The position numbers and the translations under genes were made by a program. This document shows, piece by piece, positions 38,101-50,360 of a stretch of DNA of 64,000 nucleotides. Origin of the DNA: Perkinsus chesapeaki ATCC PRA-425. Its lineage: Eukaryota; Protista; Perkinsozoa. Location of the stretch: NCBI GenBank assembly GCA_013115145.1, contig JAAPAO010000025.1, forward strand, positions 61,687-125,686, read 5' to 3'. The notes beneath the pieces are model-generated. The model was not told where the DNA came from. It saw nothing but the letters and a program-made list of their open reading frames with translations, and did not search any database. Position 1 is the stretch's first letter, and every line of letters starts with the position of its first letter.

Positions 38101-39342
38101 GCTCGTCTTCCGGGATCGAGGAGAGTATTTATTGTAACCGTTCGATAAGGGAGCAGTCTAGGTTAGTCTGACATCATCGATTATTATTATTCTCAGGCGG
38201 CTGTTGCTTGGAATGGCAGCAGGAGGCGGGCCCGACTAAGTATCTTGTGGGGACAGAGCAAGGCGCATGCATGGCGCTTAATAAGAAGCCGAAGAAGCCA
38301 GTGGAAATCGGTGAGGAAATCTTGAAATTCGTTTAGATGACGCTTTAATGCTCAGGGACTTGGTTTGGGATCGAGGATAAGGGCGGACACTCGAAGCACG
38401 CCGGCCCAGTTTATGCACTCCATCGAAATCCTCAACATGTCAAATATTTCATGACAGTCGGCGATTGGAGTGTTAAAATTTGGCTCGAAGTATGACGGCG
38501 GAGCGAAGCGTTTTTTTGTTTACCTTTTTGGCAGGAGCTGAAGGCGCCTTTGATGCAGACTAAACCTTCGCCGGCTTTCCTCACCACAGGCGGATGGAGT
38601 CCTACGCGAGCCGGCCTTTTTATGGCTGGTCGTTATGATGGGTATGATTATACGAGGGAGCGGTATGAAATGGACTTGCTCAGATATGTTGATTTCTGGG
38701 ACTACTTCTATAGAATGAATGAAGTATGTTATTCACACAGAGTAAAAAATTACAATTCCGACGGAGCGAAATTGTTGTTCAATTTTTTAGGTTAGCAAGG
38801 TGCCGATTTCAGCGACGTCCTTCCAATCGCAAGGACGCCTGTTGGCGGTCGGCGATGCCGAAGGGACAGTCTCGTTGTTGCAGCTCTGCGATGAGCTCGT
38901 CAATCCTGGGCCGAACGAGAAAAATGTAGCGTGGATCTTAAAGATACGAAATAGGTCAAGTTTAGGCCATTGGAATGATATTTGAGCGCGAGATGAGAAG
39001 AGAAAAAAATCTCGAAGCGATCAAGAAAGCTCAAGCTGGAAAAGGTAAGCAAATCGCGCAGCAGCCATTCATAGTATCGTTCCGAATTTCAGCTCAAAAA
39101 GGTGATGGTGATTCTGGTGAAGGAAAAGGTAAGGCGATTGATGGCATTGATTGTGATATGTTTTATAGGGAATGACGATGGCGCTCCACAGAGTATTGAA
39201 CATGAAGCGTGAGCCTTTCTAATGGTGTTGTTTGGTCTTTACAGTTGCCAGGTATCTTGAAAGGGAAAAGGCATGGCTTGAAGAAGTTGGAATTCCAGCT
39301 GATGAGAATGGCTTGACTATCAAGCCGAACAGTGAAGAGTGA
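35129..39342 (+). CDS. DNAI2: Axonemal outer-arm dynein intermediate chain 2 (IC69/ODA6/DNAI2), WD40 repeats, many introns
   Basis: [98 protein letters not shown]. Confidence 0.93.
37740..37815 (+). other. 76-nt DNAI2 intron that is essentially a degenerate tRNA
   Basis: A-box TAGCGTAGTGGTTAG and B-box GAGTTCGATCCC. Splicing restores the conserved [17 protein letters not shown]. Confidence 0.8.
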
Positions 39343-39789
39343 TCCATGATGAAAATTGAAAGTGTTAATAAAGATGTGTTTAGTTTAAGTACAAGTTGAT
39401 GTTATCTGATCGAAAGGATTGCGGAACTGTCGTCCTAGTTTTTCGGCTAGTAAAGTCCGAGTCGAACTGTCCGACGGAGATACCGAACTCTATAGAAGTC
39501 TGACGTGCACCTTGGTAACCCCGACGGCACTTGAGACTTAAAAGTTGCTTATTTAACCTACTAACAGCCTTTCTGTTTCTTTTCATTATTATACATACCG
39601 AACAGCCCCTTTAAGGAAGTGTAAACATATACGTACATTAAAGGTGTATATGATGGTGCATTCACTCAACGAAACGCAACAAGTATTACATTACTAGCTA
39701 AACGGTAGAAGCAAATCATGCTACATTACAGTTTACTAATAAAAATACATTTGCAACGGTACTCAATTATAATGCTTTTAGCGCCTGAT

Positions 39790-42700
39790 ACGACGAGCAC
39801 GTTTAGGAGGAGGTGAGGATTCCTCAGGAGGAGCAACGGTCCCCTTGGCCTCCTTTGGTGTCAGTAGTGTACATTCATCTGAAGGGATTGGTAACAATAA
39901 TGATCAAAAGCAGACTTACTCGATGGGCGACCTTCTAAGATATCGGAGAACTGAACCATGAATAAATGGTTATCTCTGTCATGGAAATGGGATATTCCTC
40001 GATCCCAAACGTCAACCATAGCAACCGAAAACTCATCATTAACGATCTGAGAAAACCCCTACATAAAAACCAGATGTTAGGACAGAACTCACTTGGTGCC
40101 AGTAACCGGGCGGTATAATGACCATCTGAGAAGAGGCTGCTGAATAGTGAAAAATTAGAGCAAGCTACATCGCCTGGATGAAGTGTCATGAGCTTGAAGG
40201 TTGCCGGCAATCCTTTCATCGTTTTCCAATTAGTAAAGTATCTATCACGAATGGAGTGATGGAATGCGAGAGTTGGTAGATGTGGCCCTACGTGGTGTCA
40301 AGCACCATGTCCTGGCCATTAGTGAGGGGTATACCCCGCCTGGAAGAGCCAGTTTGTGCCTTATCTGATAAAACAAGAGAATTATCACCGACCAAGTCAA
40401 ATATGAAATCAAGTCTTATATCGGCTGTGTGGTCTAGTGGTATGATTCGCGCTTCGGGTGCGCGAGGTCCCGGGTTCGATTCTCGGCTCAGCCCATTTTC
40501 TCCAGAAAATACCGTCTTACTGATAAATGTTTCCATCTTCGAACGCTCATCATTACTGAACGTTATCACCGTTTTCTTCCCCTCAATGCAGTACCTAACG
40601 ACGTCCTCCAGCTCAGAAATCCATCCACACTACTACAGTGTCGCAAACCCGTTGTCTTCCCTATCAATGTGAATTACTGAGTAACTTCCGGCCTCTCCGA
40701 CCAAAAGACTCGGGCCTTGCCCTGACTCATGTAACGGGCATATTTCAAATGGGTAAATATTTGCTACTGTTTCAACCTAAACGTTCCCGTCCATCCAGAC
40801 CTCGGCAACCCAATATTACAGTATCGCGCTCATACGCGCACTGGCCATATACGACAGTTTTCTTATGTGATGGAGCGGCGCCCAAAACCTGTTGCGCGAT
40901 TCCCTGAACGCCGCTTGTATCCTATTACATCCTTTATAGGGCCTTGGGCTACCCTCTTTCCACCACCTCCGCCCAGCTCAACGTAACTGACCGAGATCAC
41001 TTCGACGAAGACCGACGCTTCGACTGCCTACCCCGGCATCTCTCGCTCTTGTACCTCATCAAGTGTGAGGATCTGAGCCATATCACATCTTCCGTCATTG
41101 TGTGGCGTGTTCCTACCACCGAACCCAGCGGTCCGCCGCCAACGCCCTTGCTCGTCACAGTCGACAACGATGCCGATGAACCAGATTCTAATCGTGCCCT
41201 CAAAGTATCTGTGTGCAGCTCGAGTATGTGAGGGAAATGAGAAGTGAAGTGATCGAAATGACATAACCAATTAGGCCTAAAGTTTGCACTCCTACTGGCA
41301 CCCCTTGGTACAGCGGGAATTTCAAAATTCCATCGATCTGAGAATAGTTTATTACCAATCCTTCGATAATTTTCGAGTGCTGCTAAGCTCCCTTTACCCG
41401 GTTTACCTATAGGGACAAGCTTCGAATATCTCAATGTTAGATGGTCCAATACGGCCCTGTTGTATTCTTTAGGCACCGGTCGATGCATTATAACCAATTC
41501 GTGTAACTGATAAGGCACCCATATGGCTTGATGAGATGGAATAGACTCACATCTGGAATGCATCGAAATAAGCAACAATTTTCATACATCGTACGTTTGC
41601 CTTTCCCTCGAGGAACCAGCAAGTCCTAAACTCGCCAAAGCGTCCATAAAAAGCCTACCGGTCCTACCTCACCTCGACAGTGACCACCGGAAGCAGCCGA
41701 CACTTCTCGGAGAATTCTTTCTCAGATAATGTCTCACGAGGATCTTCGTCGTCCCATCTAACCTAGGCAGGTTCGATCCCTGCCCCCTCCATATTTAATC
41801 GTTACTCTATAAGTTTTGGTCTTGGGTCGCCAAGAGCATACCGTCCCAGTATAATATCTACATGCTCGCCTATTAAACGAGCCCTTATTCCCCAACCTAC
41901 TGGTTCCCGGCGTCCTCGAACATCATCTCAAAGCGCTTACCGATCGCTTCCTCATGAAAGATGCCAGCTGGGCGGGCTTTAATGAAAGGCTGCAGAGCTG
42001 GTTGATCCAATGCAGGGGTATACATCCAAGAGTAAACTTAAAGGCAACAGGTTGGAAAATATTAGATCTAGTACATGTCGAGGAGAAACGAATAGATGGG
42101 GTCTAATTAGGGTCAACCAGGAGTTGCCGATTTCATCGGATGTGTGTGCATGCCGATATGTACTGTATGCTACATCTTCTATCCAATAAACAACAACTTT
42201 CACTTTAATACATTCCCGAATCGGGGAGCTACGTCCAAAAGTATTTCCAGTAATCGACGGTTATGTCAGTGCCCGTAGCAGCTCACTTGTAAAGGATCTT
42301 ATCTTAGGAAACCAACTGTGGATGTGGAATATAAGGAAATTGTTATCCGGACCAACGATCAGTTAATACTCAAACAGTGACATCACCGGGAAAACCGTAC
42401 GCATGCACATAGCTAATACCGCTTCAATTTTTTCGAGCGGTGGAATTCTCGAGAAGCGACCATCCTATGGTTTGCAAAGCTTGATGAGTAAAGCTGTAGC
42501 AGGTGGGTGATGGTTCGCCCTGTTCAATAATGACCCTAGATACTCTGAGTTAAGATGCTTCTATTGTAGAACCCCTTCTATTTCAGTTGAGTTGGTCTCC
42601 CGAGAAGGATGCATAGTTACCACAGTTTTTTTGACGCATTTTACCAGCCTGTGAGGGGAAAATTCAGTTGAGGAGAATCTCATAAGGATACTGTGGGGGT

Positions 42701-43100
42701 CGCTAATCCATGCCCACTTAAAGCCCCCAGAGGCCATGCCCATGAGGCAAACGTCTAATGGATCCAGGTCTCTGCTAGCCACTCCTCACAGAGCACCGTA
42801 GGGTTACCGCATGAGGTTGGAAAGTGAATTGCGTAGCTTAACTTGCTAACAATGTTGATCTAGTTGCAGCATAGACGATGGTCAATGTTACTAGGAATGA
42901 TCTCAGCACTTTCGCCTCGCCAAATCATGGATCGAGTCTGGCCAGTGTTGGAATCAATGTAAGTGGCCAGCTACATATGTTGACGATTGAGGAAATTCGG
43001 GTTGTTGTTGTTTACATGGCGATTGGCTGGAGATACTTTAGTGGTGAGCTGAATTGAACAGTGGGTGCCTCTGCTAAGCAACTAACAATTCGATTTTAAT
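39790..43100 (-). CDS. Multi-exon gene with a Tudor-like domain and a divergent USP (peptidase C19)-like C-terminus, ending in an NLS-like PPPKRARRIRR
   Basis: Spliced YTGTVCSWRPKTKTYR|VRWDDEDPRETL (Tudor-like). VIHIDR, HPG...DGHYTA and IVNDEF...HLFMVQF resemble USP His-box elements. Confidence 0.5.
40423..40494 (+). tRNA. trnP: tRNA-Pro(CGG)
   Basis: Full cloverleaf. Anticodon arm CGCGC-TTCGGGT-GCGCG, T-loop TTCGATT, one T-T mismatch in the acceptor stem. Confidence 0.93.
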
Positions 43101-43358
43101 TGGTCGTTACAAACTACTGAGATGTGTTCAATAAAGAACATTAGCTCCTGTAATCACGATTTTCCAATTTCTTACTCACTGAAGAGCTCTCGTTATTACC
43201 GAGTTGTCTTTTCCAAGACCGCCAATTTTTATTCCCTCGGCAATTTTAGGGCGCGCGAGATATTTTTAGGCGACGCCGAGGGTGCATCAGCGCGAAGTGT
43301 CCTTTCCGGGATGAACTGTCAGGCTGAAAACCAGCAGTGAACTGCAACATCGATCTTT

Positions 43359-44441
43359 GTGCGCGAAACGGAGCTAGTTCTGGCTTTAGTTTTTTATAAC
43401 ATATCTGTCGTTATGCGTCACATCGCTGTCTTATTCACCGTTATTGGAACAGCCCAAAGTGACATTCGCGAACGTCAAATAATATATGGAAACGTTGGTG
43501 GTGCCCAATACTTTTTCATGGCAACAGATCGAAAGCCGATGGCCTCTGACCCAGCCGCTGCTGACCAAGCCGGCATACTTTATTCTGATACGCAGGACGG
43601 AGATGTTCACGTGTACCACATGAATTTCCTTCTGGTCGACCCAGCAATTAAAAAAGATGAACCAGTTAGAATAGCATCAGTTTTGAGAGTAGCTGATGGC
43701 ATAACGGAAGAATACAAAGCCACGATACCCAACCCTGGGGCTTGCTTCCAGATTCGTTCACAATCACAGTCGTCATTGGAGTTGCAAAGCCGACTTACTG
43801 AGGATGGCGAGAAGTATTACGAAATCGGCAAAACAGTGAAGCAAAGGGCTCCGGAAAATATACAAAAAGAGGTCGACGAGTTATGTAAGAGAGGACTGTC
43901 ACTTCTCAAGCCACAACATGAAACATCAATCGCTGATGGAACATACTTAGGCGACCGAAGCGATTTGACAGTCGGGCTCAACATCAGCACAGAGGGTGCA
44001 ACCGTCACAGGTGACACTAAGCGGCCTAGCAAGGAGAAGCTGCTCGATATATCATACACTAAACTCTGTAACGGGGTTATCACTGCTACTCACACTTTCC
44101 TCACTGAAGACACTACTAGAGAATTGGTATATTACTCGATTCTGGAGCCAACCCACACCACGAGAGGGAAGGCGTTAAATATCGCTGGACTCCAAAAGAA
44201 GGACTCTTTTGGCAAGCCCGGTGTACGCAAGAATCCTAAAGTTCGAACCCGTCCAATGTGCCGGCGAGGGACTGATGTGGATGAAAGTGTTGTCTTCACC
44301 AAAAGCAACCTTAGTAAATGGGATACTCAAGTTTCGAAAAGTTATCACGTCGTACGCATGCGCGATAGGGACGTAGCGCGGAGCGTGAGAAGACCGGATG
44401 ATGGCAGGCGACAAGGGAGGCTGTATCCCTCCCCAAAATAA
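43359..44441 (+). CDS. Intronless predicted secreted protein (likely start Met at 43413), paralog of 51583
   Basis: Hydrophobic N-terminus MRHIAVLFTVIGTAQS. Shares SVLRV..ITEEY.ATIP...C..IR, Q.EV..LC.RG...LKP and LCN..IT with the 51583 ORF. Confidence 0.75.
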   Translation: MRETELVLALVFYNISVVMRHIAVLFTVIGTAQSDIRERQIIYGNVGGAQYFFMATDRKPMASDPAAADQAGILYSDTQDGDVHVYHMNFLLVDPAIKKDEPVRIASVLRVADGITEEYKATIPNPGACFQIRSQSQSSLELQSRLTEDGEKYYEIGKTVKQRAPENIQKEVDELCKRGLSLLKPQHETSIADGTYLGDRSDLTVGLNISTEGATVTGDTKRPSKEKLLDISYTKLCNGVITATHTFLTEDTTRELVYYSILEPTHTTRGKALNIAGLQKKDSFGKPGVRKNPKVRTRPMCRRGTDVDESVVFTKSNLSKWDTQVSKSYHVVRMRDRDVARSVRRPDDGRRQGRLYPSPK

Positions 44442-45794
44442 TCAATGAGCAAGCCTCTGTGTAAGAAGTGAGTTACAAGAAAATCGGTTTACTTGGTGAG
44501 GTCGTAAAGTGGGGAACTTATAGCGTAACATATTCACCCTCCAAATACGAAGCACATGGCACAAAATTGAGAACAGTTTTCCACTTCCAGGTTTTCCAGC
44601 AAAGTCGCATGGGATAATATTTTCCGCAATACCCAGTGGGTGTAGACAATTAAGAAGATATCTTTGTTTCAGGGCGAGCCCGGTCCATTGGTTGCCAACT
44701 ACCAGCCACTAAGAATGAGGCATGTGCAATGTATATCCATGTTGTTGTTTGATGTTATTAGACTTTGTGGTGTTATGAGTCATACTAGACTAACATACTT
44801 CCGTTTCAACTGTTAAACCCCAATCTCACTGTCTAACATAAACCGTTACATTTCTCAGTGCTTTTCAAAAAACAACTGGAAGCCGCCCTGAAGAACAACG
44901 CGCTCACTCCTGGCATCTATGAATATCTGCGAAACACGCGTTACGTTAATCGATCCGAGTTATGCTACCTAACGGTAGCGTATTCCTGCCCCCGAGCTGC
45001 AGTCGATACTCGGACAGCAATACATATCCTATGTTTATCTTCGAGGCTGCAATAGCGTGGATGGATGATAGACTTTGCCACCAGAAGGCTTTTCCAGGCT
45101 TTAAGTAGCTCACAGGGTCGTCCTTATCAGTTATCCTCTGGGGAGAGAGTTGGTGGTCAGACGTTCGTAAACGTGGCAGGCGCCACCTGGCTTCAATCGC
45201 TCCAGGCGCAGACTGTTGTACAGCAGCGAGTTTGGCAATTATTCTACCGGAACCCCTCCGAGCTACTTGAGTTGAGGCTGAAATGCATTACGCGAAGCAC
45301 GCATCTACGCATAGCACGGAGAACATAATTTCGCCATCTGGTTGGTAATCTGATTGGTAAGGGCTTCGGTATGCGGTATCTAGACGGTTCATGGGCCCTC
45401 TCAAATATGTTTACTATACATACACTGGTCAGTGATGGCAGTGAGAAATAGTCCAAGTTGGACTAGTTCGCACTACCCGTATCGAGCCGATGCCGCGGTA
45501 GGTTGTACTCTCGGCATCTGTAAGCTTCTCATCCCTACTCCAGTTGATGATAATTCCACCCTGAGCCATGCGTGCCACGTGCGGCACAGGCTGCTGCTGT
45601 GGAGCGTCACAACAAGCTCCATACCGAAAGGATATTTTGCGAGCGTAGATACCCATCTGTTGCATCCCATCTAGGATTGCGAGTCCAGTTCGAGGTACAC
45701 AGGACATATGGCTGGGCTAGCATGGCTCCGATCGCGCTATCTGGGGAGAGCACTTGTTATGGATATCCTTTGACAGTTCGAGCCTTCGGTTTGA

Positions 45795-47279
45795 ATGACT
45801 TCAACAATGACTGTGTCTGCCCACACCGATGTTGACACTGACACAAACTTACCGCAGCTTCTGCGATGCCGATATTCTCAAGTCCTTCCTGGCTTACGAG
45901 GCTGTCGTTTATCTTCAATTCTCTGGCACAATTCCCTTCTAAATGACAGCGAAGGCAGCCTCAACGCCTACGACAAATCCTTTCACGTATCTAGGCTTGA
46001 TTATTTTCTCAGTCACAGTTGGTCAGCAAGTGGTGTTTGGAAACGACTTGGAGTTGTCATGACGTTCTATCTGTCGTTTCCTATCAAGTTTTTGAGAGTC
46101 TTATCTATTATGATAACATTTATGGTATATTTCGTGGCATTCTCTTGTTTTTCTTCTCTTACCGTTGTTCTTATCGGCTATATGATATTGCCTGGCGCGC
46201 TGGTTGCATCGATACTCCTTGCCGACAAGAATGAGACAGTATTCCTCGATAAGTGTTGCATCTTGCAGACCGATCGTAATGCCAAGCTACAAGGTATATC
46301 CCGCTTGTCTGACTATCTACGTGCATCGGACAAGCTGGTCGTATTTTGGTCACCAGATTATCTGAAACGGCTTTGGTGTGTGTATGAACTGGCAAAGTTC
46401 TTGGAAACCCACGAGATGAAAGATGTCATTATCATCAATCTAGAGCATGTGAAGTTCTGCGTATGGATGATGCTTGGGGAGGGTGTCGGTATAATAATTT
46501 TAGAAGTTTTGAGAATTTACCTCCTTGAAAATAAGATGGACACCCTCTTGCCCCATGTTCTGCTGTGGTACTTCGTGAGCCTTTTCGTCGGTGGGCGTTC
46601 TGCTTACTATATGGATACTACTCTAACTTTTCGTCATATCGCAAGAACATTCAAGACATCAAACGCCAAATGTTCTGACGCTGCTGATGAGCCTCTGTTG
46701 CATGATATCATCGAGGATGCTTACGGTTCTATTGAGTCATTCGAGGTGGTGGTTAGAAACTTATGCCTCGGTGATGATAAATTGGGTGATAATCCAACTT
46801 GGCTTTTTTCAAAGGCGACTTTTCAGATGCTCTGTCTACCCTTTATTCCCTATGTTATTGGAGAAGCTCTTTTGTCACTCTTCCGTGCCTTAGGCCGGTC
46901 AACGGTGCCTGCCTACCTTATAGGTGCACCCGCGTCGGTAGTGAGCACACCCCTCAATGTTGTATGCTCGGTGCATGCAGCGGTAGTACCCCGAGTCCTG
47001 TTCTCCTGCCAAGCTCCTATGTTGTTACTTGTGGGTTATAAATGGAGCATCTGGGGATATCATAAGAATATACCGCAGACTCTGGTGAAGCTCTCTATGA
47101 TATTATTTTCGGTCCTGTATATTTGGCTTGGGCAAGTATTACAAGGGAGACGCATCTTCGATCTCTCAATAGTTTCGTTTGATATGGTCAAACTATTGGA
47201 TGCCCCTAGTATGTTATGTTTCGGTATACTCTCCGTGACAATACTCTTGGCGCTTATACAGCGGGGGTACCAATACTGA
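45795..47279 (+). CDS. Intronless TIR-like domain multi-pass membrane protein (494 aa)
   Basis: YFLSHSW, VFLDKCCILQ, VVFWSPDYLKRLWCVYEL. Highly similar to 1801-3300. Confidence 0.82.
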   Translation: MTSTMTVSAHTDVDTDTNLPQLLRCRYSQVLPGLRGCRLSSILWHNSLLNDSEGSLNAYDKSFHVSRLDYFLSHSWSASGVWKRLGVVMTFYLSFPIKFLRVLSIMITFMVYFVAFSCFSSLTVVLIGYMILPGALVASILLADKNETVFLDKCCILQTDRNAKLQGISRLSDYLRASDKLVVFWSPDYLKRLWCVYELAKFLETHEMKDVIIINLEHVKFCVWMMLGEGVGIIILEVLRIYLLENKMDTLLPHVLLWYFVSLFVGGRSAYYMDTTLTFRHIARTFKTSNAKCSDAADEPLLHDIIEDAYGSIESFEVVVRNLCLGDDKLGDNPTWLFSKATFQMLCLPFIPYVIGEALLSLFRALGRSTVPAYLIGAPASVVSTPLNVVCSVHAAVVPRVLFSCQAPMLLLVGYKWSIWGYHKNIPQTLVKLSMILFSVLYIWLGQVLQGRRIFDLSIVSFDMVKLLDAPSMLCFGILSVTILLALIQRGYQY

Positions 47280-48997
47280 GACCAACTCTTTTTGTCAGTT
47301 TTTATGTTGCTTTCTTTGTGGATTGCGCAAGTTCGTCTAGTACGAATTACCGCTCTTGTGTACGGAACGAGTCAATGCTAGATAGTCGGTTCGCTCTGTT
47401 CAATCATTCTAATCTTGCCTCCTTATTTTTGCTCTTTCGCCTCTGTATCATTGAGTGCCTCAGTGAAGCACTTACCGTGATAGGTTCATATATTCTGGTG
47501 ATTGAGATTCGATCAAGTCACTAGTCTAAACTACAGTTTTATCTAAAATGAATTGTGGTAACGGTATAGGTGATGCTGAGTTGGATTATGATGAACCAAC
47601 TGTATGTTTCACCAGATCAACTTCATTGTGAGCGTGATGGTATAACTCCCTACCCTCAGACCTCTACTGAGAACAATACTATCGAGATGATATGCCAAAG
47701 CTGTACCGAAGTTACTTCGGAGCAAATTGGCATATGGCTCAGATCTGTCGGATACTTTAAATGTTCAATCTGTTAAGCTCGTGATAGCTATTGGAAATAT
47801 CTAGTGGTGTGACAGCCTATTTAGTTACGATCTTTTATTTTGAAACTGAGCTTTCATTGATGTTGAGTGTCAACATACATGGTTTGGCATACACGTAATG
47901 CCAAGACCAGTGTAGTACAATACACGGATCATATCCGATTCAAGGATCGTAGAGGGGCGAGCAACGGACACGAGCGACAAGCATCTCGACCGAGGAGTGG
48001 AGCAAGAGACAATATGATGGATGTACAGAGAGATGCAAAAAATCGACCAACCCCTGAGATCTGTTGACTGAGAATTCTTAAGCAATGGAGGCACCATTTC
48101 TAAGCTGAATGAACTTTTCCATTATTGCTGTATTAATCAATTTGATGGCTGAATTGGGCTTCGAGTTACGGCTGGGCGAAGGAATGATTACATAGAGGAA
48201 TAAACTACCTGATTCAGATTGCCCGTGGAATAAGGAGCCGCCTGAGCGATATGTAACATTATTTCATCGTTGGCTTGATAGCGCAATTGTTGTCCTGCAC
48301 ACGGCATACAGTTGCGCAAACATCGATATGGCTATGAACTGGACTGCTCGCAGTATATGCATATTGCATGCATCCCTACACACGTTGGTCATCAGAGAGT
48401 GTTATGCAAACTTCAAGTAGAGCCCTTCTACAACTCATGTCTGCAAGGTCGCATAGGAGCACCAGGCTGTCTCGACTACGCTGTTTGAGGATCGTTCTCA
48501 TAACAGTTGAACTATACCGTTCTACAGCTTGTTGAGATTAAACTCTAACCCGCCGACTTAACTCCTAGCATTTCATATCTCGATTGAGGGTTGGCCCAAT
48601 CTGGTCGATTCCTTTATCCTCATAAGGCCTTCCTCTATCGCAGCTGTCAACTTGAACCGTACGGACCGCTCGGAGTGGTCCGCTACAGGCGGCTCTGGCT
48701 AGCAGCCCATCGAAAGCCACAAAACCCACATCACTCCCGCGGGAAGGGAAGCCATGCTCAACCACTCACTACAAGTTTCATGTAACTTGAAGCTATAGTT
48801 GAGAAGCGCTTGGAGGCAGAGTAGGCGCAACCTGTGGCCCAGGTTACCTGGCACCACGATCGCGCTATTGGAAGCCGGTGTGCGCTCCAACTAGGCCAAG
48901 TTAGCTCGACCAGCTGGGCTGCTCACCGATCCCACCGTAGTTTTCCCTTATTCACATGTAACTGTTACATTATAGCATTGATGCTTTAAGTACAAAT

Positions 48998-50360
48998 ATG
49001 AGACAATGGCCGATTGTTCTGGCATGTAATGCTGGGACAGTAGATCAACCCTTCGCTACGAATCCCGCAGCGGGATTCCCGCTTGAAGCTCAGAATACTT
49101 GCCCAGTTGTCGCAGACATTAGCGTGATAGCTACCGGCCCGGCATTTTTCACCGAGGTGGGAACAATGAATGATTTCACCTCCGCGGATGCTGTGGACGT
49201 AGGTGCCACCTTGAGTCGGCTCTTCCGACATCGAGGTCCTCCAGCACTTGTTGGTTTACGAGGTTGTCATCTCTCTTCCGTAGCATATCAAGGTTCTCTT
49301 TTGCGTGACAGCGAAGGCAGCCCCAATGCCTACGACAAGTCCTTTCACGTATCTAGGCTTGATTATTTTCTTACTTACACTTGATCAGGAAGTGGTGTTT
49401 GGAAACGACTTGGAATTGTCATGACCTTCTATCTCTCCATTCCCTCGCAGCTATCAGTCATCTTGTCTAGTATAGCGGCTATCATAATGTATCTCATCGC
49501 GGGGAAACGCACGTTTCTCACCCTTACCGTTATTCTGATGTGTTACATTATAATCCCTTGCGGCCTGGTTGCAGCTGTACTCATTGCCAACAAGGATGAA
49601 AGAGTATTCCTCGATAAGTGTTGTATCTTGCAGACCGATCGTAATGCCAAGCTACAAGGTATATCCCGCTTATCCGACTACCTACGTGCATCGAACAAGC
49701 TGGTCGTATTTTGGTCACCAGATTATCTGAAACGGCTTTGGTGTGTGTATGAACTGGCAAAGTTCTTGGAAACCCACGAAATGAAAGATGTCATTATCAT
49801 CAATCTAGAGCATGTTAAGTGCTGCGTATGGATGATGCTTGGTGAGGGTGTCGGTATAATAATTTTAGAAGTTTTGACAATTTACCGACTTGAAAATAAG
49901 ATGGACACCCTCTTTTTCATCGGTGGGCGTTCTGCTTACTATATGGATACCACTCTAACTTTTCGTCATATGGCAAGAACATTCAAGACATGCCGCCGAT
50001 GAGCATTTGTTGTTATTGGAGAAGCTGTTTTCTCACTCTTCCGTGCCTTGGACGGTTCAACGGTGCCTGCCTACGTTATAGGTGTACCCGCGTCGGTAGT
50101 GAGCACACCCCTCAATATTGTATACTCTGTGCATGCAGAACTAGTACCCCGAGTCCTGCTATGCTGTCAGCCCCTCATGTCGTTGCTTGTGGGTTATAAA
50201 CTCGGTATTTGAGGATACCATAAGAATATACCACAGACCTTGGTGAAGCTTTTCTTATTCGTATTTTGCTTCGTGTTGTATATTTGGTTAAAAAGGTATC
50301 GAGTGCCAGAGCCATTTTCATACCTATCGCACTATCGGCTGAACTGTCCAATAACCCCAT
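48998..50360 (+). pseudogene. TIR-TM pseudogene copy
   Basis: Long near-identical DNA blocks with 45795-47279. TGG to TGA at the SHSW Trp (49381-49383), in-frame deletion near 49910 and a frameshifting deletion near 49990. Confidence 0.85.

Noticed and set aside
49381-49383. TGA at a conserved Trp read as an alternative genetic code
   Set aside because: The same copy has deletions and a frameshift, and intact genes use TGG for Trp and TGA as stop, so pseudogenisation is simpler.
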